NCBI GenBank assembly: GCA_964016885.1
Contig: CAXHJY010000096.1
Coordinates: 620,001-684,000, forward strand
From: Eledone cirrhosa
Taxonomy: Eukaryota
Direction: 5' to 3'
Length of the DNA: 64,000 nt
The translations under genes were made by a program, and so were the position numbers. Of this stretch, positions 56,901 to 64,000 are shown in pieces. Under the pieces are notes generated by a model, which worked only from the letters and a program-made list of their open reading frames with translations, did not search any database and was not told the origin of the DNA. Positions within the stretch are counted from its first letter, which is position 1; each line of letters starts with the position of its first letter.

Positions 56901-59900
56901 GTCCAAGGAGAGATAATTTAAAAAAAAAATGAGGCGGAGATAATTTGTAAAAAAAAAATCAGGGGGAGTTAATTTGTAAAAAAAAATGAGGGGGAGATAA
57001 TTTGTAAAAAAAATCAAGGGGAGATAATTTCCAGCCGTCCAAGGGGAGATAATTTTCAGCCGTCCAAGGAGAGGTAATTTCTAGCCGTCCAAGGGGAGAT
57101 AATTTCCAGCCGTCCAAGGGGAGGTAATTTCCAGCCGTCCAAGGGGAGATAATTTAAAAAAAAAAATCAGGCGGAGATAATTTGTAAAAAAAATCAAGGG
57201 GAGATAATTTGCAGCCGTCCAAGGGGAGATAATTTTCAGCCGTCCAAGGAGAGGTAATTTCTAGCCGTTCAAGGGGAGATAATTTCCAGCCGTCCAAGGG
57301 GAGATAATTTCCAGCCGTCCAAGGGGAGATAATTTTTTTTAAAAAATCAGGCGGAGATAATTTGTAAAAAAAAATCAGGGGGAGATAATTCGTAAAAAAA
57401 AATCAGGGGGAGATAATTTGTAAAAAAAAATCAGGGGGAGATAATTTGTAAAAAAAATCAAGGGGAGATAATTTCCAGCCGTCCAAGGGGAGGTAATATC
57501 TAGCCGTCCAAGGGGAGATAATTTCCAGCCGTCCAAGGGGAGATAATTTCCAGCCGTCCAAGGGGAGATAATTTCCAGCCGTCCAAGGAGACATATTTTC
57601 CAGCCGTCCAAGGCGAGGTAATTTCTAGCCGTCCAAGGGGAGATTAATTCCAGCCTCCAAGGGGAGATAATTTCCAGCCAGCCAAGGGGAGATAATTTGT
57701 AAAAAAATCGGGGAGATAATTTGTAAAAAATATCAGGGAGATAATTTGTAAAAAAAAATCAGGGGGAGATAATTTGTAAAAAAAATCAGGGGGAGATAAT
57801 TTGTAAAAAAAAATCAGGGGGAGATAATTTGTAAAAAAAATCAAGGGGAGATAATTTCCAGCCGTCCAAGGGGAGATAATTTTCAGCCGTCCAAGGAGAG
57901 GTAATTTCTAACCGTCCGAGGAGAGATAATTTCCAGCCGTCCAAGGGGAGATAATTTCCAGCCGTCCAAGGGGAGATAATTTCCAGCCGTCCAAGGAGAC
58001 ATATTTTCCAGCCGTCCAAGGAGAGGTAATTTCTAGCCGTCCAAGGGGAGATAAATTCCAGCCTCCAAGGGGAGATAATTTCCAGCCAGCCAAGGGGAGA
58101 TAATTTGTAAAAAAATCAGGGGGAGATAATTTGCAAAAAAAATCAGGGGGAGATAATTTGTAAAAAAAATCAGGGGGAGATAATTTGTAAAAAATAATCA
58201 GGGGGAGATAATTTCCAGCCGTCCAAGGGAAGATAATTTCCAGCCCTCCAAGGGGCTATAATTTCCAGTGTCCAAGGGGAGATAATTTCCAGCCAGCGAA
58301 GGGGAGATAATTTTTTTTAAAAAATCATTGGGAGATTTGTAAAAAAAATCAGGGGGAGATAATTTGTAAAAAAAATCAAGGGGAGATAATTTCCAGCCGT
58401 CCAAGGGGAGGTAATATCTAGCCGTCCAAGGGTAGATAATTTCCAGCCGTCCAACGGGAGATAATTTCCAGCCGTCCAAGGGTAGATAATATCCAGCCGC
58501 CCAAGGACATATTTTCCAGCCATCCAAGGAGAGGTAATTTCTAGCCGTCCAAGGGGAGATAATTTCCAGCCGTCCAAGGGTAGATAATATCCAGCCGTCC
58601 AAGGACATATTTTCCAGCCGTCCAAGGAGAGGTAATTTCTAGCCGTCCAAGGGGAGATAAATTCCAGCCTCCAAGGGGAGATAATTTCCAGCCAGCCAAG
58701 GGGAGATAATTTGTAAAAAAATCAGGGGGAGATAATTTGTAAAAAAAATCAGGGGGAGATAATTTGTAAAAAAAAATCAGGGGGAGATAATTTGTAAAAA
58801 AAAATCAGGGTGAGATAATTTGCAAAAAAAATCAGGGGGAGATAATTTGTAAAAGAAAATCAGGGGTAGATAATTTGTAAAAAAAAATCAGGGGGAGATA
58901 ATTTGTAAAAAAAAATCAGGGGGAGATAATTTGTAAAAAAAATCAAGGGGAGATAATTTCCAGCCGTCCAAGGAGAGATAATTTTAAAAAAAATCAGGCG
59001 GAGATAATTTGTAAAAAAAAATCAGGGGGAGATAATTTGTAAAAAAAATCAGGGGGAGATAATTTGTAAAAAAAAATCAGGGGTAGATAATTTGTAAAAA
59101 AAAATCAGGGGGAGATAATTTGTAAAAAAAAATCAGGAGGAGATAATTTGTTAAAAAAATCAAGGGGAGATAATTTCCAGCCGTCCCAGGAGAGATAATT
59201 TAAAAAAAAATCAGGCGGAGATAATTTGTAAAAAAAAATCAGGGGGAGATAATTTGTAAAAAAAAATCAGGGGGAGATAATTTGTAAAAAAAATCAAGGG
59301 GAGATAATTTCCAGCCGTCCAAGGGGAGATAATTTTCAGCCGTCCAAGGGGAGATAATTTCCCGCCAGCCAAGGGAAGATAATATTCAAAAAAATCAGGC
59401 GGAGATAATTTGTAAAAAAAATCAGGGGGAGATAATTTGTAAAAAAATCAGGGGGAGATAATTTGTAAAAAAAAAAATCAGGGGGAGATAATTTGTAAAA
59501 AAAATCAGGGGGAGATAATTTGTAAAAAAAATCAGGGGTAGATAATTTGTAAAAAAAAATCAGGGGGAGATAATTTGTAAAAAAAAATCAGGGGGAGATA
59601 ATTTGTAAAAAAAATGAAAGGGGAGATAATATCCAGCCGTCCAAGGGGAGATAATTTCCAGCCGTCCAAGGGGAGATAATTTCCAGCCGTCCAAGGGGAG
59701 ATAAATTCCATCCTTCCAAGGGGATATAATTTCCAGCCGTCCAAGGGGAGATAATTTCCATCCTTCCAAGGGGATATAATTTCCAGCCGTCCAAGGGGAG
59801 ATAATTTTCAGCCGTCCAAGGAGAGGTAATTTCTAGCCGTCCAAGGAGAGATAATTTCCAGCCGTCCAAGGGGAGATAATTTCCAGCCGTCCAAGGGGAG

Positions 59901-60835
59901 ATAATTTCCAGCCGTCCAAGGAGACATATTTTCCAGCCGTCCAAGGAGAGGTAATTCCTAGCCGTCCAAGGGGAGATAAATTCCAGCCTCCAAGGGGAGA
60001 TAATTTCCAGCCAGCCAAGGGGAGATAATTTGTAAAAAAAATCAGGGGGAGATAATTTGTAAAAAAAATCAGGGGGAGATAATTTGTAAAAAAAAATCAG
60101 GGGTAGATAATTTGTAAAAAATAATCAGGGGGAGCTAATTTGTAAAAAAAATCAAGGGGAGATAATTTCCAGCCGTCCAAGGGGAGATAATTTTCAGCCG
60201 TCCAAGGGGAGATAATTTCCCGCCAGCCAAGGGAAGATAATATTTAAAAAAATTAGGCGGAGATAATTTGTAAAAAAAATCAGGGGGAGATAATTTGTAA
60301 AAAAATCAGGGGGAGATAATTTGTAAAAAAAATCAGGGGGAGATAATTTGTAAAAAAAATCAGGGGGAGATAATTTGTAAAAAAAAATCAGGGGGAGATA
60401 ATTTGTAAAAAAAATCAAGGGGAGATAATTTCCAGCCGTCCAAGGGAAGATAATTTCCAGCCCTCCAAGGGGCTATAATTTCCAGCGTCCAAGGGGAGAT
60501 AATTTCCAGCCAGCGAAGGGGAGATAATTTTTTTTAAAAAATCATTGGGAGATTTGTAAAAAAAATCAGGGGGAGATAATTTGTAAACAAAATCAAGGGG
60601 AGATAATTTCCAGCCGTCCAAGGGGAGGTAATATCTAGCCGTCCAAGGGGAGATAATTTCCAGCCGTCCAAGGGGAGATAATTTCCAGCCGTCCAAGGGT
60701 AGATAATATCCAGCCGTCCAAGGACATATTTTCCAGCCGTCCAAGGAGAGGTAATTTCTAGCCGTCCAAGGGGAGATAAATTCCAGCCTCCAAGGTGAGA
60801 TAATTTCCAGCCAGCCAAGGGGAGATAATTTGTAA
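44945..60835 (+). repeat. 6648-bp higher-order repeat, ~2.4 copies
   Basis: A constant 6648 offset holds for 46236/52884/59532, 47119/53767/60415, 48469/55117, 50727/57375 and 51550/58198. Shared rare SNVs are GAGACAATTT (49445/56093) and TCATGGGG (47786/54434). Confidence 0.95.
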
Positions 60836-63800
60836 AAAAATCAGGGGGAGATAATTTGTAAAAAAAATCAGGGGGAGATAATTTGTAAAAAAAAATCAGG
60901 GGGAGATAATTTGTAAAAAAAAATCAGGGGGAGATAATTTGTAAAAAAAAATCAGGGGGAGATAATTTGTAAAAAAACAAGGGGAGATAATTTCCAGCCG
61001 TCCAAGGGGAGATAATTTTCAGCCGTCCAAGGGGAGATAATTTCCCGCCAGCCAAGGGAAGATAATATTTGAAAAAATCAGGCGGAGATAATTTGTAAAA
61101 AAAATCAGGGGGAGATAATTTGTAAAAAAATCAGGGGGAGATAATTTGTAAAAAAAAAATCAGGGGGAGATAATTTGTAAAAAGAATCAGGGGGAGATAA
61201 TTTGTAAAAAAAAATCAGGGGTAGATAAATTGTAAAAAAAAATCAGGGGGAGATAATTTGTAAAAAAAATCAGGGGGAGATAATTTGTAAAAAAAATGAA
61301 AGGGGAGATAATATCCAGCCGTCCAAGGGGAGATAATTTCCAGCCGTCCAAGGGGAGATAATTTCCAGCCGTCCAAGGGGAGATAATTTCCATCCTTCCA
61401 AGGGGATATAATTTCCAGCCGTCCAAGGGGAGATAATTTCCCGCCAGCCAAGGGAAGATAATTTTTAAAAAAATCAGGCGGAGATTGTAAAAAAAATCAG
61501 GGGGGAGATAATTTGTAAAAAAATCAGGGGGAGATAATTTGTAAAAAAAAATCAGGGGGAGATAATTTGTAAAAAATAATCAGGGGGAGATAATTTGTAA
61601 AAAAAAATCAAGGGGAGATAATTTCCAGCCGTCCAAGGGGAGATAATTTCCCGCCAGCCAAGGGAAGATAATATTTAAAAAAATTAGGCGGAGATAATTT
61701 GTAAAAAAAATCAGGGGGAGATAATTTGTAAAAAAATCAGGGGGAGATAATTTGTAAAAAAAATCAGGGGGAGATAATTTGTAAAAAAATTCATGGGGAG
61801 ATAATTTGTAAAAAAAAATCAGGGGTAGATAATTTGTAAAAAAAAATCAGGGGGAGATAATTTGTAAAAAAAAAATCAGGGGGAGATAATTTGTAAAAAA
61901 AATCAAGGGGAGATAATTTCCAGCCGTCCAAGGGGAGATAATTTTCAGTCGTCCAAGGAGAGGTAATTTCTAGCCGTCCAAGGGGAGATAATTTCCAGCC
62001 GTCCAAGGGGAGATAATTTCCAGCCGTCCAAGGGGAGATAATTTTTTTTAAAAAATCAGGCGGAGATAATTTGTAAAAAAAATCAGGGGGAGATAATTTG
62101 TAAACAAAATCAGGGGGAGATAATTTGTAAAAAAAAATCAGGGGGAGATAATTTGTAAAAAAAATTAGGCGTAGATAATTTTTAAAAAAAAATCAGGGGG
62201 AGATAATTTGTAAAAAAAAATCAGGGGGAGATAATTTGTTTAAAAAATCAAGGGGAGATAATTTGCAGCCGTCCAAGGGGAGATAATTTTCAGCCGTCCA
62301 AGGAGAGGTAATTTCTAGCCGTTCAAGGGGAGATAATTTCCAGCCGTCCAAGGGGAGATAATTTCCAGCCGTCCAAGGGGAGATAATTTTTTTTAAAAAA
62401 TCAGGCGGAGATAATTTGTAAAAAAAAATCAGGGGGAGATAATTCGTAAAAAAAAATCAGGGGGAGATAATTTGTAAAAAAAAATCAGGGGGAGATAATT
62501 TGTAAAAAAAATCAAGGGGAGATAATTTCCAGCCGTCCAAGGGGAGGTAATATCTAGCCGTCCAAGGGGAGATAATTTCCAGCCGTCCAAGGGGAGATAA
62601 TTTCCAGCCGTCCAAGGGGAGATAATTTCCAGCCGTCCAAGGAGACATATTTTCCAGCCGTCCAAGGCGAGGTAATTTCTAGCCGTCCAAGGGGAGATTA
62701 ATTCCAGCCTCCAAGGGGAGATAATTTCCAGCCAGCCAAGGGGAGATAATTTGTAAAAAAATCAGGGGGAGATAATTTGTAAAAAAAAATCAGGGGGAGA
62801 TAATTTGTAAAAAAAATCAAGGGGAGATAATTTCCAGCCGTCCAAGGGAAGATAATTTCCAGCCCTCCAAGGGGCTATAATTTCCAGCGTCCAAGGGGAG
62901 ATAATTTCCAGCCAGCGAAGGGGAGATAATTTTTTTTAAAAAATCATTGGGAGATTTGTAAAAAAAATCAGGGGGAGATAATTTGTAAACAAAATCAAGG
63001 GGAGATAATTTCCAGCCGTCCAAGGGGAGGTAATATCTAGCCGTCCAAGGGGAGATAATTTCCAGCCGTCCAAGGGGAGATAATTTCCAGCCGTCCAAGG
63101 GTAGATAATATCCAGCCGTCCAAGGACATATTTTCCAGCCGTCCAAGGAGAGGTAATTTCTAGCCGTCCAAGGGGAGATAAATTCCAGCCTCCAAGGTGA
63201 GATAATTTCCAGCCAGCCAAGGGGAGATAATTTGTAAAAAAATCAGGGGGAGATAATTTGTAAAAAAAATCAGGGGGAGATAATTTGTAAAAAAAAATCA
63301 GGGGGAGATAATTTGTAAAAAAAAATCAGGGGGAGATAATTTGTAAAAAAAAATCAGGGGGAGATAATTTGTAAAAAAACAAGGGGAGATAATTTCCAGC
63401 CGTCCAAGGGGAGATAATTTTCAGCCGTCCAAGGGGAGATAATTTCCCGCCAGCCAAGGGAAGATAATATTTGAAAAAATCAGGCGGAGATAATTTGTAA
63501 AAAAAATCAGGGGGAGATAATTTGTAAAAAAATCAGGGGGAGATAATTTGTAAAAAAAAAATCAGGGGGAGATAATTTGTAAAAAGAATCAGGGGGAGAT
63601 AATTTGTAAAAAAAAATCAGGGGTAGATAAATTGTAAAAAAAAATCAGGGGGAGATAATTTGTAAAAAAAATCAGGGGGAGATAATTTGTAAAAAAAATG
63701 AAAGGGGAGATAATATCCAGCCGTCCAAGGGGAGATAATTTCCAGCCGTCCAAGGGGAGATAATTTCCAGCCGTCCAAGGGGAGATAATTTCCATCCTTC

Positions 63801-64000
63801 CAAGGGGATATAATTTCCAGCCGTCCAAGGGGAGATAATTTCCCGCCAGCCAAGGGAAGATAATTTTTAAAAAAATCAGGCGGAGATTGTAAAAAAAATC
63901 AGGGGGGAGATAATTTGTAAAAAAATCAGGGGGAGATAATTTGTAAAAAAAAATCAGGGGGAGATAATTTGTAAAAAATAATCAGGGGGAGATAATTTGT
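60350..64000 (+). repeat. 2402-bp duplication (second copy truncated by window end)
   Basis: Pairs 60415/62817 and 61187/63589. Private markers GTAAACAAAATCAAGG (~60588/62990) and GTAAAAAAACAAGG lacking the T (~60978/63380) are seen only in these two copies. Confidence 0.92.

Larger units (their letters stand above)
1..64000 (+). repeat. Composite two-monomer tandem satellite array (type A 26-30 bp plus type B 25 bp, roughly 2,400 monomers), running off both window ends
   Basis: Every line parses into TCAGGGGGAGATAATTTGT(A)n or CCAAGGGGAGATAATTTCCAGCCGT or 1-4 nt variants of them, all in one orientation, with no unique sequence seen. The count is an estimate (64000 / ~26.5). Confidence 0.99.

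Noticed and set aside
59-63853. All ORFs in the six-frame track as protein-coding genes
   Set aside because: They are overlapping translations of the same repeat in multiple frames, mostly with TTG starts. They are broken by 1-bp A-tract changes and 25-bp (non-triplet) units, and show no frame preservation or recognisable domain.
1-64000. CRISPR-like array (constant core plus variable spacer)
   Set aside because: The 'spacers' are only 9-14 bp and fall into two recurring types rather than being unique. The core is too short, and no leader or cas gene is present.
1-64000. Canonical G-quadruplex array from G4-5 runs
   Set aside because: The G-runs are separated by ~21-23 nt, far beyond typical 1-7 nt loops, so the sequence alone does not support it.
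1-64000. Whole window as a sequencing or assembly artefact or synthetic concatemer
   Set aside because: Hierarchically shared SNVs and reproducible A-tract lengths fit a real evolving array. The copy number of individual near-identical duplications still needs read support.

Overview
The whole 64-kb window is one uninterrupted, single-orientation tandem satellite array. I see no credible gene, RNA gene, transposon or CRISPR. It is built from two related short monomers sharing a 16-bp core, CA(A/G)GGGGAGATAATTT. Type A is TCAGGGGGAGATAATTTGT(A)7-11 (26-30 bp, mode 27-28). Type B is CCAAGGGGAGATAATTTCCAGCCGT (25 bp). They alternate in blocks (about 1-12 A units, about 1-17 B units) with stereotyped junction variants. 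Diagnostic variants show nested higher-order structure: 50- and 98-bp sub-duplications, a ~1-kb HOR in a distinct first ~4.5-kb sub-domain, local duplications at offsets of 831, 1517, 2402 and 3065 bp, and a variable ~6.5-7-kb master HOR that includes a near-perfect 6648-bp duplication with an unequal-crossover signature. Paralogous segments also recur 29-46 kb apart. All listed ORFs are minus-strand by-products of the repeat. A gene-free array this long suggests eukaryotic heterochromatic, centromeric or subtelomeric DNA (inference). I do not recognise the family or organism. Offsets come from the ORF track and hand-checked markers, and block boundaries are approximate.
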